Below are positions 12,861 through 33,269 of a stretch of DNA of 64,000 nucleotides, in pieces. The notes beneath the pieces are model-generated. The model was not told the origin of the DNA. It was given only the letters and a program-made list of their open reading frames with translations, and searched no databases. The stretch is from the human T2T-CHM13v2.0 reference genome, Homo sapiens. The DNA lies in assembly GCF_009914755.1 (NCBI RefSeq), contig NC_060940.1; one strand, written 5' to 3'. Both the position numbers and the translations under genes were made by a program. Numbering within the stretch: position 1 is the stretch's first letter; each line of letters starts with the position of its first letter.

Positions 12861-14199
12861 TTTCATTGGTAATTACCCTTGTATCCGCCAATGGTTCAAT
12901 GACCTCCACCTTCTACTCTTCAGTCTTACCTCTAGTTCAGCCACTGCCTCCTACTCTCTGGTACTCAGCCCTGTGTCTTGCAGAGCTGCCTTTCTCCTTA
13001 TATTCTCAACCCTGTTTCCTAAACTCAGGGATCTCCATGCTCTGCCTGGATCCTGCCTGCCTGCACTCCCTCCTGGATGCTCTTTGCAGGCTCTGAGCTG
13101 GGGTAGCCAGGGGGTCCCCTCCCTTGGATTCAGCCTCCAGACCACTATCCTGTGCTCCTGTCAGACACTTTCCAGGGTCTGGACATATTTGGGTCACATA
13201 GTGGATCTGACTTTCTATTTGTTTGATGCTGGAGGGAGTCTGGACCTTGTTCTTTCACATACACAGAAAACAAAGCTCTAAATTGATTTTGAAATTCTTT
13301 GTTATTAATTTTGGACTGAGATAAATTCTCTATTACTTTACAGTGACACAAATATTGTAGCTCAGTTCCTGGTAGTTAGAATTTTAGATAATTATTTTCA
13401 GTACTATGATTTCCCATATTTAATCAACTCGTAGGCAAGGCATGAATAGAGATTGTCTTATGTTAGAATACCTTTTTCTTTAATTTTTTGAATCAGCTCT
13501 CTTCCCACACCAACCCACAATCTCTCTGTTCTAGCCTCAGTCACTTTTGGTAGCCCTGAGTTTTTATTCTGGGCAACAAAGGCAGCTCAATAGATGATGG
13601 GTCTATGGCTCATTATATATGGGGCTCTTGCCAAGCAACACCTGGTGACCAGAAGGTGACCCAAGCTCTCTTCTCAGGGCAGATCACTATGCCTGAAACA
13701 AAAGAAGAACCCTTCCAGGGCAGAAATACTTAGCCTGAAAATCCTTTCATTCATTCACTGTTCAGGTGTCTTTATCCATTATTGAGCATGATAAATATCC
13801 AGACAGGTGCTTCCTGACATGTCCATGAGTTTAAGGATTAGACGTTACTTCTCCCAGGGATCCTGGTTCTTGCTCTTCTCATTTAAGGTTTTATTATCTC
13901 CCAACAACAGATACGAGAGCATGCTTAGGGCTTGGCAGCATAGAGGGGGTCTTTGGAAACCACTCAACTATACGCTGTGAGTAGTTTTAAAGGGCATTCG
14001 CATTTCTCTGTCCCTTCCAGGCCAGTCCTTGGAGAGATCAGGAAATCCAGAGCTTCCTACAAGAATGGGGATTCCTTGGAAGAGTTTCACCTTGGGACAA
14101 AAAAGAGGAATCATGGTGTCAAAGGCAATTGCCCAGGGTCTCAAGAATAGGGGCATGAAGAAGAGTTGGGCTGATGGGTGTGTGGCGGTCCTGGCTACC

Positions 14200-16120
14200 A
14201 CCTCGAATGCTACCACTGCCTCTAGACCCTCTCAAGACGGTGACATTTCTTGGTTCCAATACCTAAAATAAGCAAAACTGGGAAGACGTAAACTTCTCCA
14301 TTCTGTGCCAGACATGTCTTGGAGAAAACCTGTATATCTGAATGACCAAAGAAAAGTATGAGACAAAATGGAAAATCTATTCCAGGCCATACACAGTGTT
14401 TTGTTGGTACCCTGGGATCCACATGCATTTCAAGAAGACTGAAGTGTGCCAAGCCTGCAGGACATTGAGGAACATCTGCCAGGCCTGCCTCTTAGTCCTT
14501 GAGTATGGCCTGTCCATTCAGGTTCATGATACAGAATTGTCTTCAAAAGATGACTTGGCAAAGTCAGACATCAATGAAGAGTACTATATGCAGAATATAA
14601 CAGACAGAACACAGCTAGTTGGCCAGCTGGGAGAGTCACATACACCAGTGACGTGCTGTACAAACTGGCACAGACCACACCCTACTACCAAAGGAATAAG
14701 CACATTTGCTCCTTCTGGGTGAAAGGAGAGTGTGAGGGAGAAGAAGAGGGCCCACACAGACATGGGAAGCCTACAGATCCAGATGACCCCCTTGCTGATA
14801 AGAATATTAAAGACTGATATGGAATCAATGACTCTGGAGCAGATAAGCTTCTAAAGCAGGCTTCACCATGTCTTGTCCAGATCCACCAGAGGACAAGGTT
14901 ATCACCAGACTCTGTGTTGGTGATCTGGGTGATGCCATTACTGAGACAGATCTAAATAATCATTTCTAGTTATTTGAAGATCTGAGTGATCACTGTTGTG
15001 CAGACCAGAAAGTAGTGTGCTTTCGTCCAGGTTTCCACAGGGCAGGCTACAGAAGTGGCTGCAGAGAAATCCTTTAATAAGTTGATTGTCAAGGGCTGCA
15101 GACTCCGTAGAAAATGGAGAGGATCCCAAGCAGTCAGAGGAAAAGAAAAAGGACAGAACCGCAGGCTGGGATCCAGCTAACGCCTATTCCAGCACTGCCA
15201 GGAACAGGAACTCTTCCTCTTCCTGCAGTAGCAACAGATGTATCTGCCAACCACAGCAACATACACCCACATGCTCCTCCAGCTGTGGTGAGCATTGCCT
15301 GGCCACCAGCCCCTGGTGTGTCCTGCTGCTCCCCCCAGGATTTCAGCCACCCATGTTCCATCCAATGGGACCATTGCCTTCCTTTTGAGAGGACTCTAGG
15401 ATCAATCCATTGTGTTGGATCCTGTGTTGGACTCCAGGATCAATCCATCTCAGGACCCCCAGAGGATGGGAGCTCGTTCTGGAAACCACAGCAGCCCCTG
15501 TCACATTTTCACCACCCTCAGGCTCTATGGAAGGAACATCAACTTAAAATCCCAATTAATGAACATTGGAGTAAATATTTTTTTTCTTTATTTATGGTTC
15601 CCAGAGCATCTGAATGTGGTCAGATATGGGCAGGAAATGACAGCCATGCTTTTTCATATGGATTCAAAGGATCAATGGAAATCAAATAAGCTTTCATTAA
15701 AACATGTTTACTACTATAACATGACTAATAAAACATACTGCCTGTTCCTCTCACCTCTATGGGGGACGAGCAGCTGAGTGAGTTATAGAATGTCCAATGG
15801 AGTTAGCATCCAATCATATAATCATTTGTCTCTTTTTATGAGGGTGGAAATTGGCTTGAGAGGAAAAAAAAACCTTTTGAACATGTTTGTGTCCATTGGG
15901 TATTTTCCATTTTATTATCTTAAAAGAAAGGGATTGGTATTCCTAATTTTTGTAGTGGTGTGTGTGATTTAACTCTTTTGAAGCCACACCCTCAGAAAAA
16001 CAGGTAGAGACCAGTCCCCATCACAGCCCAGATATTTTCCTTCCTCTCTTTTTGTCATTTATCACCAAAGAAATCTGTACCCACCAAAAAGAAGGCAAAA
16101 ATAAAATGTTTTTGTATTTC
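14200..16120 (+). pseudogene. RBM22P: Processed pseudogene of RBM22 (pre-mRNA splicing factor)
   Basis: Intronless. Start codon mutated to ACG at 14237. Translates as [32 protein letters not shown]...[10 protein letters not shown]...[15 protein letters not shown] and C-terminal SQDPQRMGARSGNHSSP (~15500). 3'UTR-like sequence runs to AATAAA at ~16100. Many stops and frameshifts. Confidence 0.93.
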
Positions 16121-16682
16121 TATGAGTCAGATGAAAACATGAACTTCATGGAGCTTTGTATCATGGGATCAGAAATTATTTTCATTTACCCAAAAATTAT
16201 GGAAACAATTTTCCTTAGGTTTGACGAGTTTCCCTAAGCTCAAAAGCTGAACACAAGCATTTCCTGACATATCCTCAAGAAGAGAAACAGCCTTAAACAG
16301 ATTTGAAAAACACATTAGTATAGAACCCACACATCCCTCCAGAGTCTATCTCAAGAAGAGCTCCTCGGTCACACCCTAGTCCTCTGCCCCAGGCCCCAAG
16401 ATGTCCAGGAAGCTTTCCTCATTACCTCAGGGGAAAAAGCTCCCTGGGCATTGGGGCCCTCTGGGGGTCAGTGGCCCAGCCCTGGCAGTGCATCAGGGCC
16501 TCCTGGGAGCTTCAGGCCTGCTGATGCCAGGGCCCTAAGCTGGATCATCCTATCAGAATCTCTGGGATGAGACCTCACAGGATGGTAAAACCCTCAGCAG
16601 AGAGTTCTAATCTGCACCTGGGTGTGACTCCCAGTTACTGAAGTCTTCGCGTCCCTGTGGCACATTAAGATGAGTAAGGACA

Positions 16683-17130
<448 letters not shown>

Positions 17131-17419
17131 TTAGACCTGTTTCTCCACATTTCTTGGGATAAGTTTATCAAAACCATTTTACTTCGCCTTTGTAGATGCC
17201 AGTTTGATACATCTTTCTCTTGAACAACTTTTGTCATTAATATATACACATCCCCACCTTATTTTTCACTTTTCTAACTCAGAGAGATATAGAAAAAATA
17301 AATCAGCCAAAGTGTTTTTCCTTTTTCCTCACTCGACAATCAATACAGAATACTTCTGTGTCTTCTGTCACCAAAATGTATGGAGATTTCTCTGAATCAA
17401 TAGCCTGGGAGTTGTATAA

Positions 17420-17917
<498 letters not shown>

Positions 17918-18089
17918 TGATTTAACAGACAGAGAGGAACTGGAAAGAATTCAAAAATGAAGCCAGCAGAATTCTTGCACCACAGAATCAGTGTTGCAGC
18001 CTGGGAACAGGCATCCTCTCTCCACATGTAGAAGCAATGCCACTTCTTCACCTGGATGATACAGTCTCTTGACTGTAGATACAATTTCA

Positions 18090-18345
<256 letters not shown>

Positions 18346-18597
18346 AGAATGTAACCGTTTGTCATGCCTTTGCTTTGAGTTGTCCTGCCTTTCAGGACTG
18401 AACCAATGTTCATCTTACATAGATTGGTTAATATCCCATTTCTCCCTAAAAATGTATAAAACCAAGCTCTGCCCTGACCACCTTGAGCACATGTCATCAG
18501 GACCTCCTGAAGCTGTGTCACAGGCATGCATCCTTAACCTTGGCAAAATTAACTTTGTAAATTGACTGAGACCCATCTCAGGTACTTGGGGTTCACA
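18346..18597 (+). mobile_element. MER4A-type LTR, 3' portion
   Basis: ctccctaaaatgtataaaaccaagctctgccctgaccaccttgagcacatgtcatcaggacctcctg...ggggttcaca matches the MER4A 3' end. Confidence 0.8.
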
Positions 18598-18774
18598 AGT
18601 TTCACCACTAGCTCCACAGGCATCCCAGCCCTTCTCCTTTGTCTGTTCTGGCTGCAGCTTCCTCCCTGCCCTCCCCACTCCAGGTCATTTCACATGGGAC
18701 TTCATCATTCTGATGAGTAGTCTGAAATTATGCTAATGCCGTGAGAAATCATTTTCAGTGGGAGTTTGAGGCCA

Positions 18775-19051
<277 letters not shown>

Positions 19052-19295
19052 GGCCATTTAAAGACATTAAATACAAAATTCTGACCACTTAATTGAGAAA
19101 AAAGGAAAGCAATGTTAATGTTATCACCTCAGGCCTGTTAGAACGGTTCTTATCAAAAAGACTAATGATTTCAAGTGTTGGCAAAGATGTGGAGAAAAGA
19201 AAACTCTTGTACCCTATTGGTGGGAATGTAAAGTAGTACAGCCATTCTGAAAACGGTATGGACGTTCTTCAAAAAACTAGAAATAAAAGTATCCT

Positions 19296-19640
<345 letters not shown>

Positions 19641-19752
19641 TTAGTATATTGAAGAGAGATATTTACCCTCATGGTTATTTTGGCATTACTGACAATAATC
19701 AAGATATGGAAGCAACCCAAGTGTCCATCAATGGATGAATGAAGAAACTGTG

Positions 19753-20142
<390 letters not shown>

Positions 20143-21613
20143 TCATCTGTGATATCTTGGATTTAACCAGAGGATATTCTGCTATGTGAAGTAAACCTGG
20201 CATAGAAAGACAAATACTATATGATCTCACCTATACGTGGAATCAAAAAGGTTGATCTCACAGAAACAGAGAAAAGAGACTAGAAAGGTGGCAACCAGAG
20301 GCTGGGTCAGGGGGACGGGAAGAATACGGAAAAAGAAGATGTTTACGGAAGGATACAAACTTTTATTTAGTATGGAGGAATAAGTGTGTTCTATTGTACT
20401 GCATGGTGAACACAGTTAATAATGAATTGTACATTTAAATCACAATATTCAATTTTTAATATTCTCACAACAAAAAAGATGCTAAATTGGTGAGTGGATG
20501 GCTATGTTAATTGGCTCGATTGAATCTTTCCATACTGTATACATATATCAAACATCACATTGTATCTCATAAATATATAATAATTTTTTTTAATTGAAAA
20601 GAAAAGGGTGGAGCCAAGATGGCCGAATAGGAACAGCTCCAGTCTACAGCTCCCAGCGTGAGTGACACAGAAGACGGGTGATTTCTGCATTTCCAACTGA
20701 GGTACTGGGTTCATCTCACTGGGGAGTGTCAGACAGTGGGTGCACTGCACTGAGTGTGCGCCGAAGCAGGGCGAGGCATCGCCTCACCCGGGAAGTGCAA
20801 GGGGTCAGGGAATTCCCTTTCCTAGTCAAAGAAAGGGGTGACAGATGGCACCTGGAAAATCGGGTCACTCCCACCCTGATACTGCACTTTTTCCAACAGT
20901 CTTAGCAAATGGCACACCAGGAGATTATATCTCCCGCCTGGCTTGGAGGGTCCTATGCCCACGGAGCCTCACTTATTGCTAGCACAGCAGTCTGAGATCA
21001 AACTGCAAGGCGGCAGTGAGGCTGGGGGAGGGGCATCCGCCATTGCCGAGGCTTGAGTAGGTAAAGAAAACAGCTGGGAAGCTCGATCTGGGTGGAGCCC
21101 ACCACAGCTCAAGGAGGCCTTCTTGTCTCTGTAGACTCCACCTCTGGGGGCAGGGCATAGCCAAACAAAAGGCAGCAGAAACCTCTGCAGACTTAAATGC
21201 CCCTGTCTGACAGCTTTGAAGAGAGTAGTGGTTCTCCCAGCAAGCAGCTTGGATCTGAGAACGGACAGACTGCCTCCTCAAGTGGGTCCCTGACCCCCTA
21301 GTAGCCTAACTGGGAGGCACCCCCCAGTAGGGGCAGACTGACACCTCACAAGGCCGGATACTCCTCTGAGACAAAACTTTCAGAGGAACGAATAGGCAGC
21401 AACATTTGCTGTTCACCAATATCCGCTGTTCTGCAGCCTCCGCTGCTGATACCCAGGCAAACAGGGTCTGGAGTGGACCTCCAGGAAACTCCAACAGACA
21501 TGCAGCTGAGGGTCCTGACTGTTAGAAGGAAAACTAACAAACAGGACATCCACACCAAAAACCCATCTGTACATCACCATCGTCAAAGACCAAAGGTAGA
21601 TAAAACCACAAAG

Positions 21614-22620
21614 ATGGGGAAAAAACAGAGCAGAAAAACTGGAAACTCTAAAAATCAGGGGGCCTCTCCTCTTCCAAAGGAATGCAGCTCCCCACCAGCA
21701 ATGGAACAAAGCTGGACGGAGAATGACTTTGATGAGAGAAGAAGGCTTCAGATGATCAAACCTGAGCTAAAGGAGGACGTTTGAACCCATGGCAAAGAAG
21801 TTAAAAACCTTGAAAAAAATTAGACGAATGGCTGACTAGAATAACCAATGCAGAGAAGTCCTCAAAGGACCTGATGGAGCTGAAAACCATGGCATGAGAA
21901 CTACGTGATGAATGCACAAGCCTCAGTAGCCAATTCAATCAACTGGAAGAAAGGGTATCAGCGATGGAAGACCAAATGAATGAAATGAAGCGAGAAGAGA
22001 AGTTTAGAGAAAAAAGAATAAAAAGAAATGAACAAAGCCTCCAAGAAATATGGGACTATGTGAAAAGACCAAATCTACGTCTGATTGGTGTACCTGAAAG
22101 TGAAGGGGAGAACGGAACCAAGTTGGAAAACACTCTGCAGGATATTATCCAGGAGAACTTCCCCAATCTAGCAAGGCAGGCCAACATTCAAATTCAGGAA
22201 ATATAGAGAATGCCACAAAGATACTCCTCAAGAGGAGCAACTCCAAGACACATAATAGTCAGATTCACCAAAGTTGAAATCAACGAAAAAATGTTAAAGG
22301 CAGCCAGAGAGAAAGGTCAGGTTACCCACAAAGGGAAGCCTATCAGACTAACAGCTGATCTCTCAGCAGAAACTCTACAAGCCAGAGGAGAGTGGGGGCC
22401 AATATTCAACATTCTTAAAGAAAAGAATTTTCAACCCAGAATTTCATATCCAGCCAAACTAAGCTTCATAAGTGAAGGAGAAATAAAATCCTTTACAGAC
22501 AAGCAAATGCTGAGAGATTTTGTCACCACCAGGCCTGCCCTAAAAGAGCTCCTGAAGGAAGCACTAAACATGGAAAGGAACAACCGGTAGTAGCCACTGC
22601 AAAAACATGCCAAATTGTAA
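21614..22620 (+). pseudogene. L1 ORF1p, disrupted
   Basis: MGKKQSRKTGNSKNQ...; MEDQMNEMKREEKFREKRIKRNEQSLQEIWDYVKRPNLRLIGVPE; internal stops and frameshifts. Confidence 0.95.
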
Positions 22621-22666
22621 AGACCATGGAGGCTAGGAAGAAACTGCATCAACTAACGAGCAATAA

Positions 22667-26495
<3,829 letters not shown>

Positions 26496-27119
26496 CAATG
26501 AGAACACATGGACACAAGAAGGGGAACATCACACACCAGGGCCTGTTGTGGGGTGGGGGGAGGGGGACGGATAGCATTAGGAGATATACCTAAAGCTAAA
26601 AGACGAGTTAATGGGTGCAGCACACCAGCATGGCGCATGTATACATATGTAACAAACCTGTACGTTGTGCACATGTACCCTAAAACTTAAAGTATGATTA
26701 AAAAAAAAAGAAAAGACAGCCTGTTCTGTCTAGTGATATTTATCTTTGATCTTCAGCCGCCACCTGGTGATCACCTTCAGAGTGGGGGAGAAAACAGGGG
26801 GGTGAGAAGCTATCACTTTGCCTCTGGAGCCCAAATGAGGACTTAGCTCCTGGCTGTGGGTGGGAATGTATTCTTTCACAGAATTCTCCCAAATTAGGGC
26901 CTCGCCCTCTAGAAAATCCCTGGCTTCCCCCACCATGTTCCCCACCCACTGCACTTGGTCTGCTGGGTGGCTGCTCTCAAAGGAGCTGACACTGAAACCT
27001 GAGGTTGAAGAGCCACCTACTAGGTGGGAGGATTCTGGGTTCCATAGAGTAGTACTTTTTAAAAAAACTCAGAGCATTTTCTTTAGTTCAAGCAGGAAGC
27101 GTTTCTGGTACTCAGGGGC

Positions 27120-28240
<1,121 letters not shown>

Positions 28241-28391
28241 CAAGCAACATTTTAATCTATTTGAGTGTATTTCATCCCAGTAGTGATCAGTTCCATCCCT
28301 GATTCAATCTGGTTAATTTGTTTTTTTCTCATGGTAATTCATGGAAATTGAGTTTCATATGTGTGGCAAGAGTACACACTATGTATTTTTT

Positions 28392-28756
28392 TATTAGTCC
28401 ATTTCCACATGGCTATAAAGATACTACCTGAGACTGGATATTTATAAATAAAAGAAGTTTAATTGACTCACAGTTCAATTAACTGTTTCCTGGGGAGGCC
28501 TCAGGAAACTTACAATCATGGTGGAAGGTGAAGGAGAAGCAAGCACCTTTTTCACAAGGCAGCAGGAGAGAGAGAGACAGGAAGCACCACACTTTAAAAC
28601 TATCAACTCTGGTGAGAACTCACTCACTATCGTGAGAACAGCATGGGGGAAAATGCCCCCATGATCCAATCACCTCCCACCAGGTCCTTCCCTTGACAAG
28701 TGGGGATTACAATTCGAGATGAGACTTGGGTAGGGACACAGAGCCAAACCATATCA
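28392..28756. mobile_element. MaLR LTR (MSTA/THE1-like)
   Basis: tattagtccatttc...aggcctcaggaaacttacaatcatggtggaaggtgaaggagaagcaagcacc...gggacacagagccaaaccatatca. Confidence 0.88.
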
Positions 28757-28781
28757 CTTATTTTTCTAGAACCCTGTAGTA

Positions 28782-29005
28782 CAGGGATATCTAATGTTTT
28801 GGCTTCCCTGGGCCATGTTGGAAGAAGAATTGTCTTGGGCCACACATAAAATATACTAATACTGATAATACCTAGTGAGCTAAAAATAAAAGTTGCAAAA
28901 AAAAATCTCATAATGTTTTAAGGAAGTTTATGAATTTGTATTGGGCCACATTGAAAGCCATCCTGGGTCCCATGTGGTCCATGGGCTGTGGGTTGGACAA
29001 GTTTG
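28782..29005. mobile_element. MER30 (hAT-Charlie MITE)
   Basis: ttttggcttccctgggccatgttggaagaagaattgtcttgggccacacataaaatatactaa...ggttggacaagtttg. Confidence 0.85.
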
Positions 29006-29374
29006 CAGGTTTCATCCGATCATTGCATGAAAGCAGAGATATGCCATCCACAGCATAATTAAGGTTTGATTATAGATTTTTTCTTCTTAAAATAAAGTGA
29101 GTTTTCAGGTTTCTTTTTTCATTCTGTTTTCTTTACTGAGTGGAACTTCCATTTTACTTTACACATTTTGTTTATAGTCTTCCCCTGTCACACCCACTCC
29201 AGCTTGTCATGTGGCACAGTCCTTTTCTGAGCTCATGCACTTCTCAACTCACCCTGACAATGGCAGTCATGAACACATGCACAAACCACTTCTAGCCTGT
29301 TCTCATTTCCTTTGAAGCATAAAGAGGATGTCCCATTTCCTGGCTCTCAGATTTTGTCAGCAGATAGAGCCTTA

Positions 29375-29765
<391 letters not shown>

Positions 29766-30164
29766 CTAGGGTGCAAAGTGGCTTGGTATCACCCATGGAC
29801 TGGGCCCCAAGCACAATTCACCTGTATAACTTTTCTGGAAGGGTGTCACCCTGGCAGCTTATGGGGACTCTGGTAATACCTTCCAGAGAGTCCTGGGCTA
29901 GGGATGTCTGCTGGGTGTGAGACCGACAACCTCCCACCCTCCATATACCTCCTGGGCCAGGACATGGGAATCTCACAGGGCACCCTGCCCCAGGCAGAAG
30001 CGGAGGGGACTAGCTTCAGAGGGTGTGGACAGTTCCCTGGTTCCTAGGAGGACTTCAAATGTACTGCAGATGGAAACTCCTTCTACCTCATTTTGAGTCC
30101 AACCAACCTACTTGGTGGCTAGAGGAACTTCATGTTTCTATTTATACACATTTTTAAATATATA

Positions 30165-31175
30165 TATTTTACACGAGATGTATGTTTAAACAACCAGAGG
30201 CCAGATTTGAAGAGGAACATATCTGGGATTCATTCTGTTGTTGTAAGTGTCACTTAGTCCTGTGTGAGGACAGATTTGCCCTATGTGTAACAGCTACATT
30301 TAAGAAAGTTATGAAATTGTCCTTAGTTTCACAATGGAATATTTCAAAAACAAAATTCTCCAATCGAACAATGTATGCAAAGATTATTATGGTTTTTTCT
30401 TCTCCCTGCAACAAGCGTTAAGGATCATTATGTTTGTTATGTTGTTAAAGTCCTGGAACATAGAGATAAGAGGTAAGTGAGCATCCCCTGGTGGAGAAAG
30501 GGAGTCTTTTTCCAGAATCAGTGTTTTCCCTCGCCTTGTGTCCATTGGCAATCACTCAACACAAACTGGTGGCCATTCGGTACAATCAAACAAGCAAGCA
30601 AACAAAATCATCAATATGCTTGTGCAGCTACACTTGTTAATTTATGTACAGTAAAGGAATAAGGAAGGAGAAAGTGAAGAATAGAGAAGGGGATACTGGA
30701 CCAATCAGACGTGGTGGAACCATATTGCAGTTTTCCACATGAGAATGTCTGTAGGAACAGAGTTCTGGGGTAAAGCCGTGAGTGTGTTCTCAGTAGACAC
30801 TCCAGTCTGCTTCTGGAACACATCAACTGAATCTTTGTCCTCTGTTTCCAGTTCTGCAGATGTGTCTGTTTCACTGATTGGCCCCAGTCAAAGTGGAATC
30901 TGATCTGTGTCATGGACAAACTCTGCCTTTCACCAAAGGCTTCCACTCATTCACTAAGTGGTGTGTGCCTCTTCACCATCAACTGCACCCCGGGACCATC
31001 CTACCTGCCACTTTCAAATTCACAGGATTCTGCTCTCGGCCTTGACTCAGGCTCTTTCTCTGCCATAGCAGAGCCTGAAGGCTCTTCAGCTGCAGCTTCA
31101 CCAAAGAGGTCCAGAGTGTGCACCAAACTAGTGAGCCAGCAGCTCCCGATGCCACAAGTGGAGGAGGCAGCAGAG
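30165..31175 (-). pseudogene. SUMO2P: Decayed processed pseudogene of SUMO2 (CDS remnant 31066->30790, with UTRs)
   Basis: Minus strand across frames: [81 protein letters not shown], ending gtctactga (SUMO2-type VY* end). Intronless. ~600 bp of SUMO2-like 3'UTR follows. Confidence 0.88.
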
Positions 31176-31202
31176 CCTTACCCGGTGTTTTTATCACCAT
31201 CC

Positions 31203-31204
31203 CT

Positions 31205-31235
<31 letters not shown>

Positions 31236-31240
31236 TCACA
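31203..31240. repeat. Short CAG/CAA trinucleotide repeat followed by an AAT-rich tract
   Basis: cagcaacagcagcagcagcagcaacaacaa (10 Gln codons). Confidence 0.9.
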
Positions 31241-32039
31241 ACCACTATTTCTAATTGTGGTAATAATAATGATCACACTTAGAATAATGATGAATAACAA
31301 TAATTGTAATTGCTGACATATTCAGTTTATATGTAGATTTATTATTTGTAATGTTTTAAAATTTACATTTAGTAATATAGACATTAATTGTGTCATAAAT
31401 GTCAGGACCCCAAAACACCCCACCTAATGAATGACTCTCATCTATGGACCTATGGCTGCCCACCTGCTAGTGCGGGTGCTCTCACCACTCCACCCCCAGA
31501 GCTTCGATCTGTCTGGTCAACCTTCTAGGATGATGAAGTAGCTGAAGCACTCTTATGATCTGATTGAGGTCTTGGCAAACAGCTTGACTTGTTAGAAATC
31601 GAAGGCTGACTTTAAGACGTACTCAGCTGTTTGGCTAAATTGAGGCAGGAGGAAATGTCTTCTCGGCAGATCTACCTTTGTGTCTCTTGCTTTCAGAGTA
31701 AAATGTTGTTTCGGGAACAGTAGTTTAATTTAGTCTGTGTTAAAAATCATAATCAGACTACAAATAACGCACGGGGATGAAAATAATTTGCACACATGTT
31801 CGTGCATTATATGTGTTTTCAGATCTCTCCTATGGTAAGAAATGAAAAAGTTATGCCTTGATTTTTTAAACTCAGCCATCAGCCATTTTCCCAAGTTAAT
31901 CTAAATGTTTCCAAGACATTTCAGAAGCATTCTCTGGTGGGGATTACTCCTAATTGTGAATAATCCTACTAGAAGGATGAGCATCTCAAAAGAACCTTTA
32001 TTCTATTGCAGAAGAGTCAGTCTTCAGGATCTCAAAGGC

Positions 32040-32200
32040 CTAGGGAAGCTGCTTGAGTTGTGAGGTCTATGGAGGTACATGGGCTTTGGAGTCAGGCAAA
32101 GTTGATCCAGAGTCCCAGTCCAGCCACTTAGTAGCTGTAGTGCTTTGGACATGTTCCTTGACTTGGAACAGTTATATAAACCTTGCTGTAAGAAAAGGCA
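32040..32200. mobile_element. MIR fragment
   Basis: atgggctttggagtcaggcaaagttgatccagagtcccagtccagccacttagtagctgtagtgctttggacatgtt resembles the MIR core. Confidence 0.6.
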
Positions 32201-32202
32201 GA

Positions 32203-32675
32203 ATGATACTGACTGCAAAATGGCTCTGGTGTCCATGCCCTTTGGAATATGCTTTTACAGCTGCTCCAACATAGAGGCAGAATCTGTTTCCTGACGCTTG
32301 GATCTGGGCTGGCCTTATTTGCTCTGGGCAATAGAAAGCTATCAATATGGCAATGTGACAGTTTGGGGTCTAGGGACATAAGGCCTTGAATGCTTCTGCT
32401 TTTTCTTTTAGAACCCTGCCATCTCCATGAGAACAAGCACATGTTAGCCTGCTGGAGGATGAGATCCCACTGGGGAGGAAAACCAAGGTGCCCCAGCTGA
32501 CACCCAGAAGCAGAGCCACTTAGTCAACCAGCAGCTGACCACACACGCCTGAAGGAGCCCAGCTGAGACCAGAAGAATGGCCCAGTTGAGTCCAGCCTAA
32601 ATGACTGACCATCCCAATCATGAGCTAATAAGGTTTAGGGTGGTTTTTAATGCAGCAATAGCTAACTGATACATA
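32203..32675. mobile_element. MaLR LTR (MLT1-type)
   Basis: ...cccagctgagaccagaagaatggcccagttgagtccagcctaaatgactgacc...gcagcaatagctaactgataca is a typical MLT1 end. Confidence 0.75.
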
Positions 32676-32894
32676 CACCTGCAGTCAGGTTGCCAGGATT
32701 CAAATGACAGGTTGGTCACTACTTGTTGTTACCTGGCAAACAGAAGGCACTGTATAAGGTATTGATTTGCTTTTCCCTTTATTTAAAGTGGGGCCTCTTG
32801 TTGGATAGGGATAAATTATACAGAAATGCATGTTGACATGCTTGGTGCTTAAACTCACACAGTGCCCACACCATAGGAGGAAACAGCCCGCCAT

Positions 32895-33109
32895 AGCCTA
32901 ACCATCAGGGCCAAGGGCAAATTGCAAAATAAAAAAAATTTGCTTTTATTCCCTCCACATCCAAACTTTGGAGGTCAAGGCTGTAGACAGATCTGAAGTC
33001 AGGGGTTTCCTCCTGAAGCCTGACACTCTTCATTCACTGTCTGACCTTTGGAAGGCTGAGGGAGCCCTGCCCAGAAGCAGGTGGGCAGCAGTGGTCGACC
33101 TGTGGACAC
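32895..33109 (+). repeat. Direct repeat A, copy 1 (partner at 35068-35277)
   Basis: agcctaaccatcagggccaagggcaaattgcaaa...ccacatccaaactttggaggtcaaggctgtagacagatc...cttcattcactg...acctgtggacac. Confidence 0.9.
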
Positions 33110-33269
33110 CTCCTGACTGCAGCCCTGGCTCTCTCACTGGGCACTGCCTCTCCCACCCTTGGGCATGAGGAAAGAGATGGGCAGGATGAGGGTGTTCTCT
33201 CTCGTCTGGCAGGAAAGGGGGTCCAGGCCCTCGATTTCCCTGAGGTTAGACGCGCAAGTGCCCTCAGAT

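Noticed and set aside
13630-13715. Possible minus-strand micro-exon (ttttgtttcag...caccag|gtg) sharing cacctggtga with 26761
   Set aside because: The match is only ~10 bp and there is no recognisable coding homology.
30912-31316. 134-aa ORF with a polyQ run
   Set aside because: Antisense to the SUMO2 retrocopy plus simple repeats. No homology, promoter or splice evidence.
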